Shown piece after piece: positions 12,701 through 25,607 of a stretch of 64,000 nt of DNA. A program made the translations under genes and the position numbers. Source of the DNA: Phoronis australis (taxonomy: Eukaryota; Animalia; Phoronida). The notes under the pieces were generated by a model. That model saw only the letters and a program-made list of their open reading frames with translations. It did not search any database and was not told the DNA's origin. The stretch is from contig NMRA01000086.1 in NCBI GenBank assembly GCA_002633005.1, positions 989,602 to 1,053,601 of the forward strand. Direction: 5' to 3'. How positions within the stretch are numbered: position 1 is the first letter of the stretch; each line of letters begins with the position of its first letter.

Positions 12701-15700
12701 GTTCCAGCGCAACGAAGTATCAGTCCACGTCTGACATGTAATTTCACACACAAAATATGTGAACGTTAAGGATTTGACACCAGCTTCTCAAAACACAAAA
12801 TACGAAAAAATATAATAAATTCAACGATGAATTAAAACTGTCTACAACTCTCTTTTAAGAGAGTTTAAAAACACGAAACCACGTTTAAGTGTCCTGAATA
12901 TAACAGAAAAGCACAACATACAAAATGGGTTTTATTGCGTTTGCATTTCTCTTATTAGTTCTGAAGATTTGACCTATCGGATCATCAGATGGGACCTGAA
13001 ATACACCAGAGAGTCGCACTTTGTGTAACACAATTCTTTGGCCTACAAAGGTTTGACAAAATTCGGTATAATTTTTCGTCTCTCGTCTTTGTTACCTCAT
13101 TATGGATGCCTTTTTGGAATGATAATAGCGATAATCTCGTTTACATAAAAATGTGCCGACAAAACCCACAGCACAAAAAGACTGCGAACATAAACCATTA
13201 CATGTATAAAGCGTATCGCACAGTGCGGTCGATTGTCACAGAACACAAGCGTGAGAGAATGAGATTTGACAAAGAACGACATTGACATACCCTTATGCGT
13301 GCATAACGGAAAGGTATTTTGTTGTGCTGACTTCTTTGATGCTCCATTAAATATACATACATGTACGTACAGTATAGCCAACGTCGGGAATAAATCTACT
13401 GAAAAATTATACTGGTGCGTTCAATGAAACGCATTTAGGCATGGAGTTGATCACTTTGTAAACTGGAGAGCAGCACTCAAGATTATGTAGGAGATTATCT
13501 ACAAGTCTGCACAGTACAATTTGCAAAATATCTAACTAAGTATACAATTTTGATTCTGCAAAAGTGCATATTTCATGAAAGCAGAAATTCCGTAGAATTT
13601 GAATGTTGACTTTATACCAATCTGCCACTAATTACGTCATGTAACCCTGTCCTTTTAGGAAAATTTAGCGAAAAGGAAGGTACGTTCATAGCAAAACATC
13701 ATGATAAATGACAAGACCAAATTTCATATGAAATAAATGCTCAAGACAAAAATCTCAAAAATGCTGTTACAGTTTTCAAAATGATCATTTCGTTTTCGTT
13801 TAATGAAATTTTAAAAAATGTTCAAAAACATCAAAAAAGTCCTGGAAAATTTCAAAAACAATCCCTGGCAGCTTTTGGTGGAATAGTGTATTGAACATAA
13901 TATCTGAAACTTTCATGTGGGGGATCCAATCAGTATTCCTGAGATACGATGTTCTAAAGCTAGTCAAAACTGGACATTTTGGAGAATCCTACACCACCTT
14001 ATAACCCCACACGTGTGTTGTTACCGTACCATTTGAATCCACGCGTGCAGCACCAGTGATTGTTGTTCGGTGTTCTGAAAATAAACATCAAAACAAAATG
14101 CTGTTAGAGACGTCAGGACCATAGAATTGCTTTTAATGGGTTAAGCAAATATTATTCATTGGTGGCGTATTGTGTGTACTCTAAGTCATTTTTTGTTCTC
14201 AAAAATCAACGTCAGTGTGACGGACATGATGATTGGGGAAACGTTAAAAAGGCAAATCGGTATAGTGTCAGAAAGGTCAAATGTGTTATAGATATTCTAC
14301 AAATCACAGTATAAGCTAGTAATGTGCCCGTAGACACATCAGACATTGAAATTCCGACCTGGATAAAAAAGGATAAAAGAACCTATTTCTTCAGAAGACT
14401 GACCGTTTTATGAATAATGGTTTACCGTTAGAACATAATTAGAGTAGCCAACATGAAGATTCCAATTTTTGCATTTTAATAACCACAAGTTACAGAAATG
14501 AGAGCGGTGAAGAATTCATGAATATCTCGAAACAAAGACATACTTTCGGTACATGAAGGTATACACACGTGTAGCGATAATGAACAAAAATACACTGACA
14601 AAACGTTTACACGCTTGTTGAGCACGGGCGCAAATTCTCCAACCTTAGTGAGATTTCCACGTGATCCTCCGATTCGCACATATTCGCACCAGTTTGATAT
14701 AGACTATCCAAAGAACACAGGCTAGTGATCAGAATTAAACGGCATTTGTTTCATCTCATTTCATTACAACTCTCTAGACCGCCCCCCCTTTATTAAAGTC
14801 AAAAGCTTACCAGCGCTTCTAAATTGACAACTTTGAGTCGAAGTGATAGCTGAACGGGCTTGTGCCTGGCGGCTGGACGAATGTCTCTACTGTAATCGTT
14901 CAAAAGATCTCTCAGAAGTCGTTTTTCAGTCTTCACATCGTCGCAATGGGCTACTAGAAACAGGGTGAGTTCTGTTAACTGTAGGCCAACTGATTAGAAA
15001 TAAACATGTTAGTCGCCGATAGCTGACCATGACGTGCAGGGAGTGTGAACAAAACGTCTGCCGCACTCATGAAGATAAATCCTAATTTTTAAATAGGGAC
15101 TCGAATTACGTTTCCCATCAGCTCAGATCACCGACTCATGAGCTCGTGAGCTTGTACCTTGTTGTACAGTCAATGAGCACCGTTTGGGAGTCGGAAGCTG
15201 TAAAGTTTTTTGATAATGGGTGAACCGAGTTCACTGGCTCCGAAGCCGTGCTTATAAGTAAAGAATTAAGTTCACTAGTGCGACAATCGTGTTGTTGTCA
15301 GGGCTTGTCACATGCCTGTTTTCTGACCTAAAGAAAAATTTTGCGAAATCTACATGAGGTATATACTTTCAATTCGAAACTAAAAGACATATTCTGATGG
15401 ATAAGTGATAGATGTGAAGAAATCATGTAACTCTCACATCCTTCAGTTACAAACGCAGACGTGTTTTAAAAAATTACCGTTGCGTGGATTACCGTCATTC
15501 ATGGTTGACACCGTCTATAAGACCTGTAATGAGTGTCACTTGTATGCACAAGTATGTGCGGCTATTTGGAGCTCAAGTAGGCATAACGAAAATGTAATTT
15601 TGTGACAGGTTATAAACATAATATTTGATTTGTAACCCGTGACAAAACAAATACAATCCAACCTATAATTTCGTTACAATGCAGTTGGTAAGTCATACTG

Positions 15701-17885
15701 GCTTTTTATCAACAAGTCGTATTGCATTTTAGTGATATTATTGTACCGTTAGTGTGCGTATGTTTCTAAAGGCTATCGTATAAAAACACAAGAACAATAA
15801 TATCAAGCAAACAGTGTTTATTAATTACAAACCGATTACTGGATTAACGTAATTATGCAGCGACAGCAATTGTTCCTTTTGAAGCTGAGTGATTGACGTT
15901 TACGCTTCATCGAAACCGTTCAGAATTCTCCTTTGAGTCAAGACTCATGTCATTAAACATGGTCAAAGGCTTTAATGAACAGGCACTAATATCCAGGTGA
16001 GGCTAAACCGTGCTCTGGACCTCCCTCCGACAGGTATATACCAGCATCCAGTTATACCAATATTGTACTGTACATGATTTACAATTGTCATGGCCCCAAC
16101 AGGTCAGTGAGAGATGGCTCCCTAGTAAACGCAGCTATTCTCGGNNNNNNNNNNNNNNNNNNNNNNNNNNNNNNNNNNNNNNNNNNNNGGTTATTAAACA
16201 CTTTTGTTGCTCCTTGCCTCTTGTTGGTCATGAACTTAAAAGTCAACAATGCAGTGTAAAGTGAGGAGACTGGATGGTTTTTTGAACTTTACGTCTAAAT
16301 CAGGCCAAGGAAGAAGTTCGAACGAACAAGAACGCTCACTGAGGAAGAATTCGTCGAAGTTTAGGCACGTTTGCCCCAATTGTCAAAGCTGTAAATTAGG
16401 TGACCATTAATATTCGTACGCGGTACATGGTAGAGAAAATTGCATAAGTTTCGTGCATGATTATGGACACTAGTCCCATTGAAAACTGGCAAATACGAGA
16501 CAACACAGTTATGCGCCTTTATACACTGATGCGTCAGCACTGGGCAAATTTGTTAATTAGTGCGAACTCATTTAATTCGCGTAGAGCCATTGCTTTTTTC
16601 ACTGTGAAGCATAAACGCGGGAATTTAAATGTGTTGTGAGTGAGACCGCCGAAGCCTGTTAGGACCAGGGAGCATCAAAACGTCATTGCGTGTGGGCAAA
16701 AAATACTAGCCGTCCATATCAAACACAAACCTCAGAAATTTACACAAAACAGGGATTCAACAAACCATGAACAACTGTTCTTTCTCCTGATACCATTCGA
16801 GTGAGTTCGCAACAACTAACACAAAAATCTTCACAAAAAGCCGACGCATCGCTAAGTATCACCACAGTTGTGGTTTCGCTGGGGCTGAGACACACTGCGT
16901 TGCTCATATAACCAGAGACCAGGCAATAAATGTGACAGCCCCGCTTTTCGTCTAATACTCTCGTAGACACGTTGTGGTAATGCGTGTAAAAGGGAAAAAC
17001 GTGAACTACTCAGGTACATGTGTCAAGTAGTTCCGTACGAGAAAACTTCAAAACTTTTTAATCAACTACACCTTTTCTTGAAAGTCAGGGTTTCATGTAC
17101 ATCTTTTACGAAGCCACACCATCAAACTAAGGTGGCAGAACGTAAATAAGTAAATTAATAAACATGAGCACTGCGCCAGAAATTGCTTTCGCATAATATC
17201 CAGGTTCTCATTCACTCCCCTGCATACGCTCACTGGTACGACTGAGCTCAGAGGAGCAGGAGACACATTTGTGCTATGCTCGACTGTCTGCTAGTAAAGT
17301 CAGGATCCGAACCCGGTCTCCCAAGCAGGAGCCCGGAACTCAAACCACTGGGCCACACTGGTAGAACATCAGAGGGTAAATAACATGAATAATACATGTT
17401 TCTTTATTTATTTATTATTGTGATATTTAAAATGAGGGTGACCTCTTCAGTGATAGCCCCGCTTTTCGTACCTTCTGCAATCACACAATGCCCGGTAACG
17501 AACTTGGTGACAACATCCAACATGTCTACCGGCGATATGTCCAAATGTATATTATGAAACATATAAATTCAGTGCTCTGCAACGCATCATTTCCACTGTA
17601 GAAAATGCATTTACATGTACAGGTGCACTAGAAAGACTAAGACTAAATTTAAATTTAAAATCGAGGGGCGACACGATGTGGATATCATTCGGTTTATTCT
17701 TGGCTAACAGAAAGCAGGTCGGCGCTGTCCACAAGAATGATTGAAAAGTAATCCTAGACTAACTGATTTGCTAACAACTTTTGGAGCTATTTGGTATGAA
17801 GTTGTCTAAAAAGAAACTTACACGATAGCCCAAGGATCACGACCGCTGAAACCACCCAAGCGCTTTTCTGTAATACCATATTCAT
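3577..17885 (-). CDS. Divergent nicotinic acetylcholine receptor alpha-like subunit (Cys-loop pLGIC), 9 exons, 414 aa
   Basis: Exons 17885-17822, 14953-14811, 14074-14030, 12730-12621, 11001-10818, 10275-9975, 6975-6916, 5728-5610, 3795-3577. All introns are GT-AG with compatible phases; total 1245 nt ending in TAA. Motifs: signal peptide, EKRLLRDLLNDYSRDIRP, WTDTSLRWN, WLPDIKLYNS, KFGSWVY, YSCCPEPY, LPPESREKVTLG, EWQMMAKVIDR. Confidence 0.93.
4338..4416 (+). mobile_element. tRNA-derived SINE-like head (degenerate)
   Basis: A-box-like gtgacctagtaag and B-box-like gggtttgagtgcc at tRNA spacing; no intact cloverleaf. Confidence 0.35.
5610..5728 (-). CDS. nAChR-like exon 8 (M3)
   Basis: ttttcag|(G)RLVEINLLLVSISITCSVLVLNMWYNSSLSSVIPDKMRQ|gtatca; M3-like SxxxxVLVLN followed by an MX-like segment. 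Confidence 0.88.
6916..6975 (-). CDS. nAChR-like exon 7 (shortened M2, 60 nt)
   Basis: tgtag|(G)VGVLIMLAALRNNATSGKL(G)|gtaagc; phase 1-1, joins exons 6 and 8 in frame. Confidence 0.75.
8574..8627. repeat. 18-bp tandem repeat x3
   Basis: agaacgcgttacgcgtac / agaacgcgttacgcgtat / aggacgcgttacgcatat. Confidence 0.85.
9975..10275 (-). CDS. nAChR-like exon 6 (loop C, linker, M1)
   Basis: VTLSHYNN...RYSCCPEPYEDITYDFHLRKNKVKASKSKEPEASSVSELIVVACLVFLIPTVFLLPPESREKVTL(G); phase-1 gtaaat donor. Confidence 0.95.
10818..11001 (-). CDS. nAChR-like exon 5 (Cys-loop, loop B)
   Basis: IEPEHGVMNTMVVVSHDGSIMYLPRVSLHAHCTIDRDDQGNVKDDQKCHLKFGSWVYNGNL; ccctag acceptor, gtaaat donor. Confidence 0.92.
11144..11824. 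mobile_element. Non-autonomous Kolobok-like element with THAP N-terminus remnants (nAChR intron 4)
   Basis: TTAA|AGGCGAAGGCAA...TTGCCTTCGCCT|TTAA; perfect TTAA TSD; MPQCCCVPGC (+) and MPHCCCVPGY (-). Confidence 0.8.
12621..12730 (-). CDS. nAChR-like exon 4 (110 nt; loop A)
   Basis: TWTDTSLRWNVSEYDDIDSLMVPNSDVWLPDIKLYN(S); canonical 110-nt exon. Confidence 0.95.
14030..14074 (-). CDS. nAChR-like exon 3 (45 nt; loop 2 and loop D)
   Basis: tttcag|NTEQQSLVLHAWIQM|gtacgg; matches the 45-nt exon typical of nAChR genes and carries the loop D Trp. Confidence 0.9.
14811..14953 (-). CDS. nAChR-like exon 2
   Basis: tttctag acceptor, (L)AHCDDVKTEKRLLRDLLNDYSRDIRPAARHKPVQLSLRLKVVNLEAL, GTAAGC donor. 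Not in the ORF track. Confidence 0.92.
17165..17362 (-). mobile_element. tRNA-derived SINE-like element (nAChR intron 1)
   Basis: Minus strand has A box TGGCCCAGTGG and B box GGGTTCGGATCC, followed by a non-tRNA body; 3' limit approximate. Confidence 0.5.
17822..17885 (-). CDS. nAChR-like exon 1 (signal peptide)
   Basis: MNMVLQKSAWVVSAVVILGLS, then GTAAGT donor; phase 1 matches exon 2. Confidence 0.75.
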
Positions 17886-20800
17886 TCTTAAGGCGACCGA
17901 CGTTCTATGACCCACTGAAAACACTGAGCAACTATATAAAGCGATTGTAAAAGAGACGTTTTCATGAATGAATGTGGCCGCGTTTGCTAAAAGTGTGCAT
18001 TTGTTCCGAATGACCAAAGTGTTTTGAGGGGGACTCTTTAATAATATTGTTTGCCTCGCGACTTTTTATTTTGGCATATCGTGTTGTGCATGCGTGTAAC
18101 GTTTGACATATTGTGATATACTGTTACTTGTGTTAAACATTTTTTCATCTACGGTATACCAGTTTGTGACTTTTGTAAAACCCTTGTTATCTGTGTGTTG
18201 TTGTAAGAACCAATCACAACAAATAAACAAGTCTTTAAAAAACGCGAAAACTTTAAATTAGGTTGGATACGATAGCGATCATGGATAAAGGCGTGTATAT
18301 AGGTTACATTGACCGAAAACAAGTTTTCACCGAAGAATTAACCGAAGACCTTGGGACTTTCTCGGCTCTCTACAGTATATGCTTAATCGACCTTTTCTCG
18401 GCTTCGGCAACGAGCCTAATTTGAAATTAGAAACACGAGTTCTCGAAAACAGTTCCGTGGGCTTCGATGAAACTTTAAAAACTTAATATTTATTCATCAG
18501 TCGCAAATACTATGTCAGGACTTTCGATATCAACGCCAAGTTTTTGCGTAGTGTAACAAACGAATACGACTGCTATTTTTTACGAAAATACCTTACGTTT
18601 TGCGAGTTGATTTGTCATAGACACCAAACTCAGATACTAATAAAAATTTCTCACGATGTTTTTGAGGTAATCGATGAAGTTTTCATTTAAAACTGTTTCA
18701 TTAAAATCGACCGTGGCGTTATTTTCTATGAATGTATCTTTCTTAAAAATTTTAACTTAAAATGTGTTAATGTAATAATAATAAAAGAAACGTAAATACA
18801 AAATATATTTTTATAATCTCTAATCTTTTGTCTTTTGGAAATATATAATTTTACCAGTTAAAAGAGCCTGCTTTTATATACTTGTTAGAATGGGGGCCAC
18901 TACACAAGGTTTGAGACAACCTTCAACAGACGCTCTACCACATTCTATTTCAAAGCAATGATTTGAACATCGAAGCTCCGTTAAATTTCTTCTGAGATCA
19001 ACACATTTTAACCTTCAAATATTTAGCCACTCCTCATCATGTGTAGGTAGCAACAATTTCTTGCTTTTGACACACTGCTCTCCCATTCTTGGAAGGCACA
19101 GTCTCTGACTCTTTCAGTGAACATTTTAACACAAGTAGTAATACACTTTAATACTCAAGTGCATGTATACCGGTTCTACAAGATTGCGCTGCAGCCAAAC
19201 CTAACCAAACTTGTATTTGTACAACCATTCTTTGTAGTCAATGTTTTCCTACTGATGTCGTCTACCCATGATGGTAATTATAAAGTGCACGAGTCCTCTG
19301 TTGCATGTTAACCATATTTCACGTCGACCAGCATGTTAATAAATCTTAGCCAGCAGTCATAGACTCCGTACAGCAGAGGTGAAGGGTGTTTGTTTTCCCC
19401 TCCATCCCCAGGTTTAATTGCCAACCTCACTCATTATTCCACTCCACCGAAGGTTGTATTGTCGTGTAAGTATACAATTACTTTTGCTGTCTGTCTGTTT
19501 TACGGGCGAACGCATTCCAGAAACAGTACGTGGAATTTGTAAGAATTATTACTCTCCATACACTCCATATGTTGGCCACACTACGTGATTGACATGTAAT
19601 ATCTGTAAAGATTTGTGTCCGGATCAGGGTACTTATACGCTATCAACGAGCAGATTTATAACAACACAATTGATTACAGGAAATTGAATGTGAAACATAT
19701 GGATGTGCACCATGTTTTACCAGTTTAACTTCATGTTACGTTTAATCTTCTTGCCCAACCTTGAGTAAACCTGGATCTGGTCTGCACGTATACTGAGGCT
19801 AATCTAGGAGTTGTTTTAACTCATTTACTCGCTTTTTAATGCCAAACCAATTCAGAATAGAAACAGTTTGTTAAGTCTTCGTAATTCTTCATTTAAATTA
19901 GTTCAGTCAATCCAGTAGGCTAACTTATAGAGTCGTTTTGTCACCTCTTTCGTGCATTTGGCGATTGGAATCTATTTCGAAGTTGATCGCCCGAGAAAAT
20001 CGTATGTCCACCAAGTCGTGCGTGTGGCGGCCCCCTGTTGTAATTGTGCATTGCTGGGTAGCGACTGAGAAATTGGCTGCGATTTCAGGTAGCCCTCAAA
20101 CAAGCCAGATTGGCAAAAAACTAATTGGTTGACAGTACTTTTGGATCACATTTTTGGAATCGTTTCGGGAGCGCCATTGCATTGTTATTCGTACGACTTT
20201 GTTTGGTGAGAGCCCTTCCGTTTCCGCCTCGTTGTGTTGTCGGCTGCGAATTAAACTCGTTAACTTACAACTCTTTGTCTAGTTTATCTGGCGTAGGATA
20301 TTTGCTTTCAGAATGTAATGTTGGCTTTAGTCGAGCATCGGCAGGGTAATGGTGGTTTTGCGGTGAAAAGTGCCGATTTTGCGTTTTTTGCCCCTTTTTT
20401 CTTGGTCTACCTTGCTTTTCAGTTGGAGGGAAAAAGTCGAAAATACGAGAGAGAATAAAGTTGCTGTATTTTTCTGTAGGTCTTATGATGTGAAATGCCT
20501 AAAAAGTTTTCGTTCTTTGCATGCAGGTTTTGGCAGAGTGAAGAACGGGTGATGAGTCTATTGACGTGTTTTCTGATAGACAGACCCTGTGAGAACTGTT
20601 CTGTGCCCCCTTGAAGTTTGGTTATGGGAAATACCTGCTGCGCAATGATAGGCCGCTTACTTGAATTTATTAAACACAGATTTTAATTATTTTCACGGCC
20701 GGTGTTGCAGCCTTTCATGAAGCGAAAGGCATTGTTTTGGCTATGGTTTGAAATAAAGGTTGTAGGCGTAATCAATTCTTTTTTGTTAATAGTATCATAG

Positions 20801-22329
20801 GAATTATATTTTTCGAATCAAAATACACCATTTTTGCAATAATTTAGATCTAAATTGCTTCAATATACCTGTTAGCTTTCATTTTAATATTATATTGCAG
20901 AAAATTTCAAAGTTGGTATAACTTTATATCACTCGTGATATTCCGGCGATTTCCGCGTAAGAATGTGCCAGAATTCTGACACACTTCCTTTCCCATGACC
21001 AAGCCTCAAATGGCTACACAGAACAGCGCTATCTTGAGGCTGATAAACAGCTATGCTTTCTTTGACCTTAAAGATGTATTCGCATAGTCCTAACTTTGCT
21101 AATGTATAGCAGGAACTTAACGGAAATGCTATTTGAACATCATCCACTCTGAACAATGTGCAGCTGTATTCATTGACAACTCGTAAATGTGAAAACAAAA
21201 AATTCTGGTAATAGGTGTCCTTTGCGCTAATGACGTTCGTTGGGAGGCTCATATACCCCGAAGTGTTATTCCCCAAAATCACGTCGCGGTACTTACTGGA
21301 TACGATTGAGTGATCTACAGCGGATCATTTTCGACACAAAAATCGTTCTTAAAAACATTAGGAAATTTTCAGCCTTCTTCATGTAACAGAGCAAGTCTCC
21401 ACTGAACCTCAAAATATGTATTTTCTCTCATCAGGCATTCGTTTCAGTTCAATTTGCACATAATAACGATCAACTTTCCATGAAAGCAAAAGAAGGAAAA
21501 CACCCTTCTCCTAAGCCTGTCGCTAGCGAAGTGCCCGACACATACAGTCGCGCCCACATGCCCACGTAACAAAGGCGCACTGAGACGCAACAAAGACATT
21601 AGCATAAGAATAAGTGAACATTTGCAACTAAATAAGAATAACAATAAGCGTAAAGTTACGAACGTCCCGTCACATTCATTTGTACATCGTCGCTATATCC
21701 TAACTAATTTGACCAAGCAATCACAGAGACAGAAAATCAGCGTGCGAGTTCCACTTTTAAAGTGTTACGGTCGCCAACGCACCTTTTCCACACATTTGAT
21801 CACGCTAAAAACGCCTAAATAAAAATGTCAGAAGTATGAAGTACCAGGGTTTTTCGGTTTTCTCTACGAATCAAAACATGTCGAAAACGATTCCGGTTTC
21901 AAACAAAAAAGTTGTGTTTCATCTATTAAAACAGCTTGTTTACATAAATAGTTTCATGACTGGCCAATCAGCAGGATACACAAACTCAGTTACTGTGCTA
22001 GTTAGGTACGCACATATTGCCTCTCTGCACGTATGTTCAACTTTCTCTTTGTTCGTGTGGCTCTTTGGGGTTTGAATACACCAGGACTGGTTGCGAAATG
22101 TGCGCTTGCTGATTGTGCAGGTTTTGTTAGGAGTTTTTAAATTTGCGCAGAACTTTGGAATTTGACATTTACTGTTTGGGCAATTCGCATGTATAATTTT
22201 GGGCATGGGGTTGTAACTGAATGGCTCCTTACTGAATGCAGGCAGGCCAAGTGAGTTTGCTGTAAACCATAACCCAAAACTATGTATATTATTGGTTTCC
22301 ATTTAAAAGATGAAAATGTTGAGTGGAGA

Positions 22330-22500
22330 TCCCTTTTGGAATATGCCAGAGATCTACATCACCAGGTCACTGATGAGGACTTCAGTATACAGGTATAAAG
22401 TCTGTACCCAGAGATGTGGAAACGCAGCGTACGGGAAGCTATTGAGACCCAAGTCCACAGACCAAGTCTGAACATAGATCCTCGACTTGATCTTCCTTTT
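22330..22500 (+). mobile_element. Penelope-like retroelement fragment (GIY-YIG endonuclease C-terminus)
   Basis: LLEYARDLHHQVTDEDFSI ... WKRSVREAIETQVHRPSLNIDPRLDLP resembles the Penelope W..R..KEAI.I....PSLNRD.G..LP tail; disrupted. Confidence 0.65.
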
Positions 22501-22765
22501 ACGGGAATCCCCCCGACATTAAGGAATCCCCGCTATTGTTTTTGTTGTTTTATTCTACAACGACAGAGGGCGCACCCGGTGGTGTACAAGTCCGTGAGAT
22601 ATGGACGAAACGACTGTACACTAAGCACATCAAGGTACGGTTGTTTGGTTCCAAAAGGGATATTCACTTTATATTTTCATAACCCTGAAAGTTGTCGGTG
22701 TAACTGCAGTGTCGTAATATTTTCAGGAACACCTCTCAACACTCTCCGACACATACTTCTACGCA

Positions 22766-23493
22766 ATGAAGAGCTGCGAAAAATCTTGCACATTTAATAT
22801 GAGCCAAACAAAGGCTTTGTTCCAAAAAGTACAATTGCGTGCTCGAAAAATGGAAGTCACAGACGTCGATCTTGTTTTATTAAATGCCATCCAAACAATT
22901 AAAATCGAAGTTAACCGGCGTTCGCAAACTCCAAAACTGGGCAAGCGCAAACGCCTGATTGCCAAGACCACGCTTCTGAGTATTTTGATATTGTCCGTTC
23001 TCGCCATTTCACTCTGGTACTGCCAGTGGCATATTTCCATTCTGAAATTTACGAAACCTGTTTTAGAGCCATTTTTGAATAATGATGCTTGCGTGATTGA
23101 TCTTCCCGAGAATTACCTTTACATCTTTCGTCCCGTTGCCGACTGTGACTTCTGCCGCAATGTATCCGGAATTGTTCGCGTGAATAATATTTCATCAGAC
23201 GATTTTGAAGAACGTTTCGTGAAGAAAGGACAAATGGTTCTCATAGAAGACGGGCAGTTTAATTGGGAATCGTTTGAAACAATGGGATTCGACAAGTTGA
23301 AGAATATGTATGTCGAGAATGACGAAAATCCCTTACTTGACCAGAGCTTATCGCCGGAATCTCGGTATAATATTCCAACGGCTTGCCATATTTCAAGATT
23401 TACAACAGGTTTTAAAAACGTGAACGATTTGGTCCGATACTCTTCGCGGGAGCTCAACTCAACAGACGGCAACAACAAGTGGTTCATAGGCTG
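22766..23493 (+). CDS. JmjC/cupin gene exon 1
   Basis: 243-aa ORF with basic patch GKRKR, then TM LLSILILSVLAISLW, a CxxC, ending GGC TG|gtaagg. Confidence 0.9.
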
Positions 23494-25556
23494 GTAAGGG
23501 AAGCGTTGAACGTCATGGAAAGCACTACATGCTATAAGCAAACTATGTGTTGTAGACATCAGTGCCCGGTTGCATGAAACAGTCTGAGATAGGCACTGCA
23601 CTAACCTTCCTAAATCCTCTGTTCATTTCTATACTTGTGGAAACACCACTTCTTATATCTTGTGATGCTGTTTTACATTAATTACTAAGTCAAAGTTTAA
23701 CAAATACAAATCAATGTGACTAGCAATCTTTTCATGCAACGACCCTTCAAAGACCAAGTCCCTTATTCCTTTTCATCAATATAGGGACTCAATTTTTGGA
23801 TATATAATTAGAAAATTATAGTAGCCAAAGATAGGCTTATAATTGAGATGGTATGATAGAAAAGTATAACATCTGTGAGTAAAGAGCGATACAAATACGT
23901 AGAAGATTTAGAGACCTTAGTTGAGACCCTTTTGGTGACTGTTTCATGCAACTGGGCGCAGGTGACATAAATGCGTGCTCTTTTTCAAAAGCAGTATCCT
24001 TAGGTTCCGTGATATATACTTTTTGATTTTCAGCTGGTCTAAATTTAAATAAAAATAAATTTGAAAACAGAATTTTGTCGTCAGTTAAAGCATAGAACTC
24101 TAGCCCTGGAATGCCAACTTCGATCTCGCGACAGCTGAGGTTGCGCCGCGCATGCGTGAGAGTTGTCTGCATTAGTTTGTTCCGGTGTATGTAATTGCTA
24201 TGCAGTTTATTGTCATTAAAACTTTTTGCAACTCCGCCATTTTTCAACCAAATTGCATAAGATTCATACCATTAGAGAGCTCTTTGTCAGTTCTTGATCG
24301 TTGTACCAGAAGCAAAGTACAAGTAATTTAATTCATAAGTAATAGACTATAAATGTGATTTCGCATACGTGACTGGTTTAAAAATATTTTTTAATTCTAA
24401 AAACCAAGAATGTTGCCAAAATGCCAAAAATAACAGCGTGTATTAGTAACCTAAAAGTAATTGAACCAGAGAAGTTATATAAAGGACTAGTTAAGACACT
24501 GGGTAAATAATTTCAATGATTCAAAATACTTCTGCCCCATAAAGACTAAGGTTTTAGAATATGGATTTCTCACAATTGCTGTAAATAATTTAGTCAGGCA
24601 TTTATCCAAAGTCATACATCTTTATATATTATGATTAATTGGACCTTTGGTGCCGTTTGAAACAATTGCATTCTTCAGTAAAACTGAACATAAATGTTCC
24701 CTGATAGATAAATACGCCCAAATAGCTTTGAAGTGTACTGTGAATAGCTCATCACATTGGTTGCAGTGTAGGATTATCCATAAAAGTTTAGAATTAAACT
24801 ATTTTCTTCCGAAAGTTTGTGATCCTGATACATGTAGTGTGCATGCATGTTACCGTGAACATGATAAATTGGATCACAGTTTATTGTTATGTTACTAAAG
24901 AAAGTGGACTCCGGAAAATTCGTATACTTATAATAAGAGATAACGTTATTTTGAACACATGGTGCATAGTTGTCACGGTTAATATTCAAGAACGAAAAAA
25001 CAACGGAACAACTAAATTGAAAAGCGGAACTTCAAGATAAAAGTCGGACATATGGATCTAAGCCAAAACGTTAAGGTGAAATATTCGCTGCAACACACAA
25101 GACGTGCCGAAAGCGTTTTTTGTCGTACGGGGTATGTAACAACCAAAAATGCCCGATAGTGTTTTTGTAGTTGAACGGGAAATTGCGGGTGCCCCCAGAA
25201 CCCACAATACGTCCATTTTTCTATTTTGTCGAACGAAGAAATATGGCATGAAAAATTACAATAGTAAAAGATAATATGGCCCTGTGTCAAAAAGCAAGAG
25301 TGGGGCAACTGGCAAATACACTGTACGCTGCCAGCAATAACGAAGTACTGGGCTGGATTCTTTTACAAGGTAAACTTTTCATTTTTTTAACTTTTATTTC
25401 ACGGTTATAGGTAAATATTACAGATAACAATAAGAGCACTTCGCAGAAGTCGAATTAACAAAAAAACGGTATCTGGGCAACAGTTAAACGTTGCAGAAAT
25501 GAATTATTATAGAAACAACTGAAAACAGCACGCATGCTCACACACAAACACACACA

Positions 25557-25607
<51 letters not shown>

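Noticed and set aside
17300-17362. tRNA gene (also 4338-4416)
   Set aside because: A and B boxes are present but there is no closable acceptor stem or cloverleaf; treated as SINE heads.
17910-17940. TATA plus Inr promoter for the nAChR-like gene
   Set aside because: TATATA and TCAGT occur on the minus strand, but spacing (~22 nt) is short and such motifs are common in AT-rich DNA.
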